From Gonapodya sp. JEL0774 (taxonomy: Eukaryota), in assembly GCA_027604505.1 (NCBI GenBank), contig JADIIX010000032.1:62001-126000 (forward strand): DNA of 64,000 bases. Direction: 5' to 3'. The position numbers and the translations under genes are program-made. This document shows positions 52,384 to 64,000 of the stretch, in pieces; within the stretch, counting starts at the first letter, position 1; each line of letters begins with the position of its first letter. The notes beneath the pieces are model-generated. The model was not told the DNA's origin. It saw only the letters and a program-made list of their open reading frames with translations, and ran no database searches.

Positions 52384-55300
52384 TTACTCATGCTCTCCAT
52401 TCGTCGATTTCCTTTTCCTCCTCCCCAACGCTGCGGATAATGCTTCGCTCTGTTCCGGAGGCCATACCGACTTGGGTGGAGCAAGCCTCGACGACGGGCC
52501 AATGGAAGATGACTGCGACGATGTCCGAACGGTGGACGACGTCGAACCAAGATTTGAAGATGATACAGGGAGTTGACGTACAGGCTGTGGAGGAAAGAAT
52601 GCAACGGCCGCAGGGCGAGCTGTAGATCGCGAAGTCTCGTGTTGCTGACTTTGGCGATCGCCGCCCGATGCCGAAGAAGGTGGCAGCAGTCCCATTGACT
52701 CAAAGAGCTGCTGCTGAAGCTGAGGCGTGAGAGGTGTGTACGGGAGTGGAATAAAGGTTCCCGCACCCGGATTCGCTCCATCAGAAGGCATTGCGAAGGT
52801 CGTGTAAGGAAGAGATGGAAAACCTGGTATTGACATGGCGAGAACATGAGGGGTAGAAGAAGTTAGTGCTGTTGGAGATGTTGGCGGCCTAGAAAATGCG
52901 GGATTCAAAGGTCGCGAGTTCAGACGAGGCCGGCCAGGCCCTGGTCTGGTAGGTGGCACACTATGAGGCAGAGCAACCGGTCGTTGCCCGGTTAGCCCGG
53001 GCTGTGCAGTAAGATTCCGATTCAAAGTTGGCGGAGGCTTGGCTGGAGCTGGTGTGACGCCGGGAGTTCCACCCACAATCCCCGGAACAATCAGTGGTCT
53101 CGGTTGCTGAATTGCAGCTGGAACTGGTCGCGGGGCGGCCGTGGTCGAATGACCAGGAATTGCGAACGCGCTGGTAGGAACGCTCACAGCGAGTTTCTTC
53201 GCAACATGCTGTGTTGGGGAGGTCAGTGTTGGAGGCTGTGTGGCTACATTTGACCTATCAATCGGAAGAAGCTGAGTAAACTCGGTCGGTTCCCTGGGGA
53301 ATCGTGCCATCATCCCAGCTTGTCCCCCACTTTGGAAGACCCCTGATATCCCTGAGGTCTCCGGCTGTGCTGGTCCGTTGCCGCTTGCGTCTCCCGCCAC
53401 TTTCACAACTGGTTTGAGGTGAATTTTCAACACTCTAGGTGTGCTTGCACCGCTGCTCCCCGCCGTGCTCTGTGTGGAATTACGCCGAGACGAGCGATAG
53501 CTACCACCATTAGGTGGGTACAGATTGGGAAACCGATCAAAGAAGTTTGAGGGACCAAGAACGGGGGAGGAGGTCGGGGACTCCGGCGCGAAGCGGAACT
53601 CGAGAGGGAACTTAGTGAAGAAGCAAAGGTAACTGGGGAGCAGGAATTCTCGACGTGATTCTTCTGTCAAACGCAAATCTCCTGCTTTCAAACTCACGCC
53701 TTGACAGACATTACATATTTTTCGTCCACCAAGCTCACAGCATGGTCGTCAAATACAAACCACTGGCCGCGGGACTTCACGTAACAACGATAGTGCCCAC
53801 TGTTGATATTGCCAAAGTGCTCAATAACTGCGTAGAGGACGTAAGGGCTGGATAGGAAAGATTACTGTGCGTGAGTGACACACAGGAGATCTCTACTGCA
53901 GGAAATGAATGCTCACGATTCCCTCTCACGATTGGCGATTCGCATTTTGTCCTTCCCTTCAATTTCATTTCCTATGTCTTTCGCACCACCCGTTGTCCCA
54001 TCCATCGCTGCTGCCTCAGCCTCTCGGGCATTGACTGCTGCTGTCGTGTATGCTTGGAGATCTAGCTCGGCAGGAAGTTTCACGAACGAGTCAATTTTAG
54101 TGCCAACGAGGGTGTTGTGCTCAAAGCGCTGAAACCCCATGAGTGAGAATTGATTGATAGTGGAGACACGGTGAATATCGCTTGGGACAAGACTCTCACC
54201 TTCAACTGAACACACAATACCTGCGGACCCCTTTTCACTGTGATCCGCTTCGTCACCTCCTGCTTCGACCCACACCTCTTGCAATCATAAGCAGCATGCA
54301 ACCTCTCCGGCTGTGTGAATCGCTCCAAACACTCTGCCAAAGTTACAGTTTCGCTTCCCCCAACGCCTGTGGCGGCAGCAACACCAGTGGGAGCTTTAGG
54401 CGGACGGCCGGGCTGGCCGGGACGACGGTTTGCAGCTGTCCCCGAGGGAACGGCAGCGACTGGCGGAGTAGGTCGGGTTATGTGGAGAGATATGTCCATG
54501 AAAGAGTCAACTTTTGTGGTGACTGAGCCACAGCGAAGGCATTTGACATCGGATTGGAGCAGGCCAGCAAAAGTCTGGTGTACCACACAGCGGCATTTTG
54601 TGGGATCGAGGTTTGGGGCAGCTTGGGTGGCATGAGAGTATCCATTAGTAAGCCACAATGATCATCTTGAAATGAGAACTCACTCTCACAGCACCCTGAA
54701 TGCACCCCATCCAGAGCCGCTATCAAGAACTCGTGCGCGTCCTGTTGCTGGTACCCAGCGAGGCCTTGAACGGATACCCACAATGTGCGTAAAAAGTGTA
54801 CGGGAGCGAAAGGGCCAGATTCCGCATGCGAGGAATAGAACTGAAGGGCGAAGAATGTCAACTGTTTGTGAGGAAAATGGTAGGACCACTCTTTTAACAA
54901 CGCCGAACGAACTTCGCCAAACAATCTGTCCATCTCGCACGCCAGGCAAACATCCCCACGTCGAGAAACACGGCAGGAATGATGTGAGTGTGCACCAGAG
55001 AGGAAATACGCACGGAGCAAGGGGTTGTGGATGAAGGTTTGGAGGACGACGTTCATAAAACAAGTGGAACCTATGTTGCGAAGACCTCGGAGGCCAGCTG
55101 GGAAGATAAGAACGGAGGTGAAGTAAGAAGAGTGGAGGCCCGTAGAGTCACGAAGCCACTGGCTGTCACAAAGTACTCACTCGCACATTTCCCAGCAGAG
55201 CCTCTGATTTTCAATGCTGAAGCTTCGTTCCCCCGTGGTGGCTCGTTCACAGTGCGGAACCTATGCTGGGCGATTCGGTCCGCAGATGCGATTGTCATTG

Positions 55301-56561
55301 GAGGAGGTGGTGGGGAAGACGAGGGCATGGACGGTAGGGAGGACGCAGATGCAAGAGAGTGACCGAGTATTCTCGCTCGCTCGCAAATAAGCTCGAGCTC
55401 AAGGTCAGGACGGAAATCGTTACAAGGGTAACAGAAGACGCCTTGCGAGGGGGGGTGAATGGCTGAAAGGATTGTGTCAGGCGGGCACGTTTGAGTAATT
55501 AGTGCAGCCGTAACCGCTTTCCTGATACCATTTTTGACCATAGCTTCACCCTCAATGCCTGCTGTTTGTTCCGGTTGGCAAGAAGTTTTGAACTGATATC
55601 CAACCGGCCATAGATAGAGTTCTGTGACCGGCACCTTCAGATGCAAACATCAGCCTTGCGCAATGTGCACCACAATTGAGTGGATACTTTTTGTTTTTAG
55701 ACATTTTCGGCATGATGCATCGTTCCGCCGCGATGTCACCTGCTGTGCTTGTCATTAACAGCGCGCTCTCCTCCAACGGATCACCACCATTCTCCTCATC
55801 TTCATAATCCATAAGAAATGAACCGTTCACAGTTCTTATGCATGTTGGCGTTCTCGAAACTTACCAAATGCATGTTTGAACTTCCCGCAGTGCTCAGCAC
55901 CACATTTTGCGCACCCCAGGAAAGAGCATTCAATGCAGCGCAAGGGCCGTCGAAGGTTGGTGCCGCAGAAAGGACAGATTGCGGTAATTTTTGGACGCTG
56001 CACAAGAAGTGCGAGGAAGGTGCGGATTGGGGTGGCAACAAGCAAACGAGGAACTTATAAAACCCCAAAGGCAAGAAGACAGCAAAGTTGCCAGAGCTTT
56101 GATTTCGCATCCTGCGTTTCGATTTAAGTGGCCTGCTCGGTCCACACCGCTGTTTGCTTTCCGGAAAAGCGGATCCTGTGTATAACACCCACCTTTCCCA
56201 TGACCATAGCCACTTCGCCCTTCCTATTCTCACCGGTGTCCATTTTGTCCGCGTTGTCATGTTGCTCCCCTACCACAACGCCCTCGAGCTGAAATGCGGT
56301 TGCCTCAAATGCTCGGGAAAACGCAGCCCAGTTTGCCCCGCGCTTGAGTGCAAGAAGGTGAACACATCCTGCGTTTAAATTAGACGGTAAATTTCTATCT
56401 GAATTGGAAGAATTGGAGGACGACGTGCTCGAAGGGGCTGGTTGGTGGTGGTGGTGATTGGAGTTGCTCGGTGTGCCAGTTATAGAAGTGGTGATATCGC
56501 CAACGCTTAGTGCATTAGCGGCATTAACGGCGTTGATGGCATTGCTAATGGCATTGTTCAT
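52384..56561 (-). CDS. UBP8: Ubiquitin-specific protease Ubp8/USP22-like with zf-UBP and a long C-terminal disordered tail
   Basis: GCVHL, zf-UBP Cys clusters, GLRNIGSTCFMNVVLQ, CLACEMD, QQQDAHEF, HQTFAGLLQSDVKC, EHFGNINSGHY, WFVFDD, AYLCFF. Confidence 0.88.
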
Positions 56562-56966
56562 TTGCTGGTAGTCTTCTTGTTGCTGTTGGATATTCTTGAA
56601 TTACATACGGACACGAAACCATTCAAACCTCTTCGTCCTCACTCACGAGCTCCATAGGGCTTCCATTGCGCGTAAAATCTTTGAAAGACGGTTCAGACTC
56701 CATCGATTGCAGTCATAAAATCGTTGGAATTCCGCTTTCTGCCCGCGAGGTCTAAACCACCAGGGGTTCCGGTAGCCAGGGTCCTTATGAAGTGTTGGGC
56801 AGGCCCTTCGAGTGCTCCTCCCATTCACATGCTTTCCTTCGTTGGAACTAGATCTTCGAACTGTTCGCCCATGTTAGATGTACCAGAACCTATATTTAAT
56901 CAGTTATAGTTGCAGAGAATCCAACAGTCGTGATTCGGTATATATTACATGTGAACCGCACAACAT

Positions 56967-59255
56967 TCACTTCTTTCCTTTTGCTCGGCCCCCTTTCTTC
57001 GCCTTGGCTTTACTACTGTCCGCTTCTTCGACCGACTTTTCAGCTGCAGTCCCCGGATCCGCACTTGTAGCGGCATCGACATCCGTAGCGGCACTCTCCG
57101 ACATGTGCGTGTCCTGCGTGTCCTGTGTCTGGTTTGCATCCTGGAGTCCCTCTGCACTGGCATCCGCCTCTCTGGCGGCCTCGCTCCCCACAATACTCGC
57201 CTCGCTCCCCAAAAACCGTTGCAACAATTCCTTCCTCCGTCTCTCCACAAGATACTCCTCCACCTCCTTCTGTGAAGGCACGGAGTCCACAGCAGCTACA
57301 GCGACCGCGGCCGGGATTCCGTTATAGGAACCGGATACTTCCAGCATTATGTCGTCCAGTTCGTCGTACGGAGTTGGGACGGTTGCGGAGTCAGCGGAAG
57401 GGGACCCTGCGAAATCGAAATGTTGGAAATTTGGTGTCCAGTTGTTTGGCGCGTTAGTGACGGGAAATGTAAAAGTGGGGAAGGAGATTGTATGCGTGTC
57501 CATACACGTTTACCCGTGATCACAGGATCGCCTCTCGTCTTTAGACGCACAACTTCCTTATGCACCAGACTCGCCTACACTCACCATCCACTTTCCTCTT
57601 CTTCGCCATCTTCCCAAACCTCCTGGCCACCCTATCTTCGTACGCCAACAACTCCCCATCATCCTCGTCCCGGTATCCGTAATAGTCGGCGTCAATGTTG
57701 CGGGATAGCTCGTACCGCGTGCGGGGGACAGGTCCATCGGAGGAAACCGCGGATTCAAAGAGTTCACGGACGCCGGGGAGGTGTTTGGCGCGACCGAAGT
57801 ACCTTTTGCGGTTATGTTGTGATTATGGGTGTGGTGCAAGGTCCGGTCATGACGGGTTGGTGGCCCAGCAAATGTGAGCGCACTGGCTCAGATCAAAGGG
57901 AGCGGATTCATCGTCCCGAGCAAGAGTTCAAGCTTCTCTCCAGTCCTCTGACAGGCTTCTTCCTGTCATGCAGTTACCCGACATCACACGTTCAACTCGT
58001 CCCTAACCCGTCACTTTTACGCCAAGCACCTACGCCAAACCCCGCTCCCTCTAAAGACGTACCTATAACCCCTACTCCCTGGTACTTCTTTACCGTCGGC
58101 ATCGTAGGTTCTGCCACCAGACCGCTTATAATTCGGCCCGCCCAGCTCGATGATACGGTTCTCCCAATGGGATTTCTCGCGAATCAACTTGTTGATTTCG
58201 TCGTTGAGGTCGCGGACTTGGTAGTCGTTGAGGCCGGCTGTGAAATGTGTTTGGGGAGAGTGGTAGGGTAGAATTGTGTGAATAACAACTGATACTCCAC
58301 CACCGCCTTGCCCAACAGAGTCCTCGTTATTGTCTTCTCAGTGCTCGACCCAATCTCGCCAGGTTGCGACTCATTTCTCAGTCCCGGAGGATCACACTGA
58401 ACCCATTGCAACCTCTCACATGAAGGCGTGGGCCATCTTACTCGCTACTCGTTTCCATGACTCTGATTTCACCCGATGACGGTGTCACTTTATTTTCTGT
58501 TTACCAAAACCACCACCCTTCCTCCTCCTGCAAACCGCGCTCCGTTCTCGCTCATCTTGAGGACATTTCCCTTCCCCCCTGACATCGATAAAGGAGTATT
58601 TCCAAGTCTTTCTTGGTGACTAGAGATTCATTGCGAAGGACGGAGGACAGGATGTGTGTTCGTGGGGAGTGTCACATGTGCAGACGGCGACGTCCGGACA
58701 TGCCGTGGTACTGTGCACACGGAGGAACACACTTCCAGCTTTCGAACATTCCAATTTCGAGTTCGCCTGCGCCACTGATCCTCTCAGTATCGACTCACGG
58801 CCTTCGGTGTGACCTCCGTGCTCCACTTTAGTGCTCAACCAGCTTCCGTACCATGGTCACCCTTCCAGCTCGAAGGAACCACACCGTCAGACACAAACTC
58901 ACAGTCCTGAATCTTCGCCACCTTTTTCCCAATCTCGCTCAAAATTTGGCCCCTCCATCGTTCCGCCTCTTTCAGATCGTCCACCAGTGAAGCCAGGTAC
59001 GGTCGCTTCTGGTTCGGTTTTACCAGACCAAGCTCAGCTTGCTGGGCTTCCCGGAACCGGTAGAGCATGGACCTGAGAGTGATTGAATGAGTTGAGACGC
59101 ACTGCGAGTAGGACAACCAGTAGAGGAACGTACTGAGCCTTTTCTTGATTTCGAGCCTAGCATTCGTGGTAGTTTCGTCAATGGTAATGTGGCAGAATGT
59201 GGAAGCATCGGCATCAAGTGTATCATGACAGAATTGGAGCCGTAATTCCAACCAT
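56967..59255 (-). CDS. ISY1: Pre-mRNA splicing factor Isy1 (NTC component); first coding exon is the ATG only
   Basis: [87 protein letters not shown]. Confidence 0.93.
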
Positions 59256-60508
59256 GTGAGGAAGAGCGCAAGCAGAGTTCAATGGCATCAAAATAATGTT
59301 TCGAGAATTGCTTTCATGTGAAGGCCAAGAGCATCCAGACTGACCATAATTGGATATGCCGCAGTAAGTCAGTCAGGTGAAGTCGTGGAGTGTGGATGCT
59401 TCTATGCATGAAATTACACCAATATCACTGGCAGTCACCCACAGCCAAAGGTGCACAGTCCACCACATCATGTGGTTTCGCGGAACAGAGTCGTTGGAAG
59501 GGCGTGAAAGAGAAAACACAATGCGAGGAACTCGTGTGTGACTCAAGTTATTCATTCTCAGGTGCTGATATGTACATACCATACATATAGTAGCAAATGA
59601 TGCGTGATGTTCATCTTCAATCGCGGGGCAAAAGTCAAACATGTCGTGTTCATCTAGACATAGATAGAAAATGTTTGGGCATCGATTGTAGTGCTCTATT
59701 TGAGTTTTGATAAGTCCGTCTTCAAAGTGTTCATCGCGATGTATCGGGATATTACATCGCGAGGTTCACCACTTTGCTACTCCTCATGACTTCTTCCAAT
59801 CGCGAGAAAATGGGATAAAACAATATTTGAAGGGTTGGGTAGTTTCTGGCAAACCTGTGAGTCGGGGGTGGGGTGGGCGGGGATGATGTAATCGTTCCGT
59901 CATCATGGTGTCAAAAAACAATTTCGATTGCAATTTCGTGAATCGGACTGCATGCAAATTTCAACTTGACCAATATCAACTTTGTATCGTGCTTCGATTT
60001 GAGGAGGTCTGAAGAACAAGTGGAGGAGAGCTAATACATACCTATACATACATATGTGCTCATGTGACAGGCCGTACAGTGAAGCTTGCCCACCTTCCCG
60101 CTTGTGCATCCATCGCTCAAATATACAGAGCAGCAGCAACAGCACTGAAGTGCAGTATCTCATCCGGAGCGGATGAATAAGATCCTTGTAATAGGGCCTG
60201 TAAACAATCAACAAGAGATGCACCTTGGTAATGGCATCCGGCAGTTTCTTCCGGTCGGGCAACAGGCAACGTCGTGAAAAGAATACGGGGATGTACGGAT
60301 CATCGATAAACAAGTACAAATCAACGTATCCTGGTGCCCGGAGTATCCAAATTACGGAACACGGGTGCTTGTCAAATTCCTGGGACACACCCCTAAAAAT
60401 TCGTCATGTCCTTTTTGCCCTGTCAAAATCGCGCTCGGACACTGTTCGGACCTCCGCCCTCGTCCTTGCCTCCTCACCCAAAAACTCTGTACGCGCAAAG
60501 ACCGATCC

Positions 60509-62565
60509 ATGTCCGAAACTCAACGCCCGCCGGACATCGCGTCTATCGATTCTCAGAACTCGTACCCGCCGATATCGCCCGTATCCCGCGATGGCAGTTC
60601 CACCACGACATCTTCCGGCGACTCTGCCACCACACTCACAATCACCCCGCCAAGCCCCGTCCCTCCTACTGCTTACCATGTGGACCTTGAAGCTCGCCTC
60701 GACCAAGATCGCAAGGTGGCGATGGTGACGGGAGGGCACCTGTCATCGGGATGGTTGGAACTGCCAGACAAGAAGGTTTTGATGCCTCCTGGAATGACCA
60801 TAGTGGATGCAAAAACGGCCTTCCTAAAAGCCGCAAAGGAAGCTGCTGGATTGACTTTTGTCGGGCTATTGTTTGGTACGTTGACATTCTACCATACTTG
60901 AGGGAGTTTCCCCGCACCCTGCAACATTCCTTGATTACTCCGATCATGGTCACATACATTACATGTCATCACGATATATTCGTACAGGGTTTTTCACACA
61001 GAAAGGACGGGTGAGTGTGTCTCGACCTTTAGGTGGCGACGTTCCCACGAGATCTGATTTCCTCCACGCCGTTCCGTTCTCACAAACGCCACACCGATTC
61101 CATTCAAATCCCATGCGCCACCTTAATCCAGGCTTTCGAACCAAACCTCATGCAAAAAATGATGCTCTTGACTGATTGGACCCTCGTGAAAATGTTCGTG
61201 ACCGCGGTCGCCACATCGCAGCTCATCTTCGCCGCACTTGACTACACCGATCTCCGAGGCTTTCACGGGTTCCGCTTGGAGAATCAGGCATCTCGGGCCA
61301 ATCGAGGACTGGTACCCGTGGCCGTCGGCTCGATTCTCGTGGGGATCGCCATGACCATGACTGGTGCCTGTCCCATGAACCTGTACTCGCAGGTGGGGAC
61401 AGGCATACAAGGAGCGTGGTTGGTTCTCTGTGGAGGACTCGTGGGAGTAATGATCTTTACTCTGTTCGAACCGTTCATGGCCAAGAAGTTCTTCAAAATG
61501 TACACGATCAAGGCCAAAGGATTCGACATGGACATTGTGAGTTGCTTCAGCTTCCCACACCCACTCAAAGGTGTAAGATGTAAAGAAGATGCAAATCGAG
61601 CATTCTTGATCGCGCTCTTCAGGTCCCTTTGCCATTCTACGTCCTCGCACCAATGCTCGCTGCCGGGAACATGATTTTTGTCGGCCTTTTGCACCGCTTC
61701 GCACCGGCGTCGCCAGGATACCTCGGAGATTACGATTACCCAACTCCATTCCACGCCAAGTGTGAGTACCAATGACAATGATCTTACTATGGTCCCGAAA
61801 CATACGAAGTATCTTTCTCTTGTTGCAGCCTGGCACCCCCTCCTAGCGGGCTTCCTCGTTGGCCTCTTGCAGTTCCCGTCCTTCATCTTGTCAGGGCAGA
61901 TTATTGGCAGCTCAGTGGCGTTTGTGTCGCTTTTATCGCCGCTGTGGGCGGTTATTGCCAAGTTCTTTGGAGTATACAAAACAACTGAGGCGGCAATGTT
62001 CCGATTTCCCTCCAAGGTAGGAGGTTCTTCGACATACTTTGTGAAGAGGCGGGGAAGCTCAGATATTCGTTCAATTCAATTGTGATGATTTAACACGCCC
62101 ATATCGTTGCAACGCGCACCCAACCAGGACGCGATCAAGTCAATGCTCTTTGTCGTTTCAACAATCCTCGGTGGCTACATAAGCGCCCGACTTGGAGGTA
62201 CAATAGGAGTCGCTGCTGGCCCGTTCGGTCCGGGTGTAACAAATGATCCAGGGGCCTTCCAAGTCGCGAATGACGTGCCCATGCTGATTCCAGGACTGGG
62301 CCCGTGGGGTACGACCATTCTCTCCGGGATAATATCGATGTTCGGGGCGAGAGTCGCTCGAGGATGTACCGCAGGACATGGTTTCACGGGGTTCGCGTTA
62401 CTGAGTGTGAGTGTGATCTCACGCTGTCATCTTGTCATCTTGTACGGGATCGCCTTCCTCAATCTCGTATCCGAATAGACGATCTCTATCTTTGCACTCG
62501 GCTGCATCTTTGTGGGAGGGATTGCAAGCGCGTACCTGCTGAAACTATGGGTCACTCATGTGTGA
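60509..62565 (+). CDS. YeeE/YedE (TsuA-like) sulfur-compound transporter
   Basis: GLLFG, GIAMTMTGACPM...QVG, IGSS, FGARVARGCTAGHGFTG; multiple TM segments. Confidence 0.85.
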
Positions 62566-62949
62566 CGTAGGTCTGATTCGATTGGGGGCTAGAAATCAAC
62601 TCGTCTTGCACTTTCCCACATAACATACCAACAAACTAATTCTGGAGCGTGAAGCGGCACACTAAAGAAAGTTACAACTTGCACTTTTCCTCAGTCTTTT
62701 TGCTGTTTCTGTTCGTCACAAGAGTTGAACTAATAAGAAACAGAATCTAAATTCATTGACACGGAAGATCTTGTAGGAGACAGTCACCTTGTTACTTCAA
62801 ATCCTGTGTCCAAGAACGTTCAATCAACGGTTTGCAAATGTATAATGTCCTATTCGGCAGTATGCCTATTATGTGCTGCTACATTGTGTTGATGATTTCG
62901 GGAGGGTCTCACAGCACCCGCCCTCCCCATTGCTTTAAACCCTGTCAAA

Positions 62950-64000
62950 ATGGGTAACAAGCCATCCTCTACCCCATCGTCGTCCGCATCTTCCATTCGC
63001 CAGAGATTTGAGAGAGCTGGGAAAACAGGGGTTCTCTCTCTGGCAGGGGCAGGGTTGAAAGAACTACCAGGAGCGTTTGAGGCAGGTTTGGGGCGCGAGG
63101 AGGTAGCTGGCGTCAAGAGTTTGGACTTATCTGGAAACAAGTTTACTAGGATGTAAGCAAGTTGATCGAGACTCGACTGAGTGGAGGGAGCTGATGATTG
63201 GTGATCGTTCCACATCAGACCCCCAACGATCAGCGCATTCGAGAACGTCAAGATGGTCAATCTCGCCAGCAACTCCCTGACGTCTTTACCTTCGGAGCTG
63301 TTCGCTCTGAGTAAAATTGAAACGCTCAATATTGCTGGAAACTTGTTGGGAACTTTACCAGAAGGTGCGGGAAAGGCGATGTCATGGCTTGATCATCCAG
63401 AATCGTGCTCATCACCACAGCCTCTCTCTGCCGCTCGACACTACTGTAACTGGTCCATTGATTGTCACTGTTGGGCAGCCATCTCAAAGCTTACTTCTCT
63501 CCGTACCCTTAATCTCTCAAAGAACTCCTTGAGGTCTCTGCCCTCGACCTTGGGTACGCTGTCAAGCTTACGCGTCCTCCTCATTGATGGTTGGCATGAA
63601 TCTGGCGGCGGACTTCGGTCACCCTTTTCATGTACCTCCTTTTCTTGGTTTCGTGTTTGTAGGGAATCGTCTCACGGCACTTCCACCTTCTCTTGGCAAT
63701 CTGACAAGCCTTGAGGAATTGAATGTCGATGACAATCAAATTGAGGTTGTTCCAACGGAGCTTGCAGGGTGCACTGCACTGAAAACACTGCGGCTGTCGG
63801 GGAACAAGATTGAGAAGGAGGGCATGCCGGGCGAAATCTTCACCGAAACAAAGGTCAATGTCGTTTCATTGGTGAGTCCTGCAACGTTACTTAACGGTTC
63901 TTGAGGCTCGTGTGTCCAGTGCTGATTATTCAACATAAATCTTTCAGGACCGAAATCCCATCAGAGATTCGGATATTCAACAGATACCTGGTTTTGATAC
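62950..64000 (+). CDS. LRRC57: Leucine-rich-repeat protein LRRC57-like; 3' end beyond the window
   Basis: MGN start (myristoylation-type), ERAGKTGVLSL...LKELP, then LxxLxLxxNxLxxLP repeats. Confidence 0.78.

Noticed and set aside
58001..58009. Telomere-like ccctaaccc
   Set aside because: A single 1.5-unit match, antisense within ISY1 coding sequence; chance.
57420..58271. 283-aa plus-strand ORF
   Set aside because: Antisense shadow of ISY1 exons; no recognisable domain.
58340..58400. TPP riboswitch-like CTGAGA...AACCTG in the ISY1 intron
   Set aside because: Lacks the GATAAT/GCG P4-P5 elements, and the host gene is unrelated to thiamine.
58735..58790. Hammerhead-like CTGA...GAAA
   Set aside because: The core reads CTGAGAG, not CTGANGA, and that segment is tied up in a hairpin.
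1..64000. Selenoprotein (in-frame TGA plus SECIS) or stop-readthrough PTS1 extensions
   Set aside because: In the genes I assembled, TGA codons fell in introns or at natural ends, and I saw no TGA-CTA plus SKL-type extension. Checked by eye only.
1..64000. CRISPR arrays, tRNA, rRNA, intact transposons or a biosynthetic gene cluster
   Set aside because: No regular repeat-spacer array, cloverleaf, transposase/RT motif or NRPS/PKS core seen; neighbouring genes are functionally unrelated.

Overview
Gene-dense, intron-rich eukaryotic nuclear DNA with short GT-AG introns (mostly about 50-100 nt) and short intergenic gaps. Gene content points to an early-diverging, probably zoosporic, fungus; this is an inference, not an identification. 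I can support about 27 protein-coding genes plus one frameshifted copy, all assembled by eye. They are a UapA-type purine permease, SDR42E1, NFX1/FAP1, a bacterial-type class III aminotransferase, an amino-acid transporter, an ABHD12-like hydrolase, NAA40, a kelch protein, RFC4, PIG-P, a duplicated orphan membrane gene flanking a GH79, pirin, enoyl-CoA hydratase, cyclin, PNC1, a GH18 chitinase, Churchill, metacaspase, Skd3/CLPB, BMT2, SWD2, UBP8, ISY1, a YeeE/YedE transporter and LRRC57. Main points of interest: (1) an intact Churchill zinc-finger gene that the ORF track only half shows; (2) an ankyrin-AAA+ Skd3; (3) a bacterial-type aminotransferase ending in a PTS1-like PKL; (4) a 665-nt, highly structured ISY1 intron with a candidate poison exon; (5) a chitinase whose catalytic Glu sits in a 14-nt micro-exon with a GC donor. 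I recognised no tRNA, rRNA, CRISPR array or intact transposon. Gene coordinates span the introns and start codons are best guesses.
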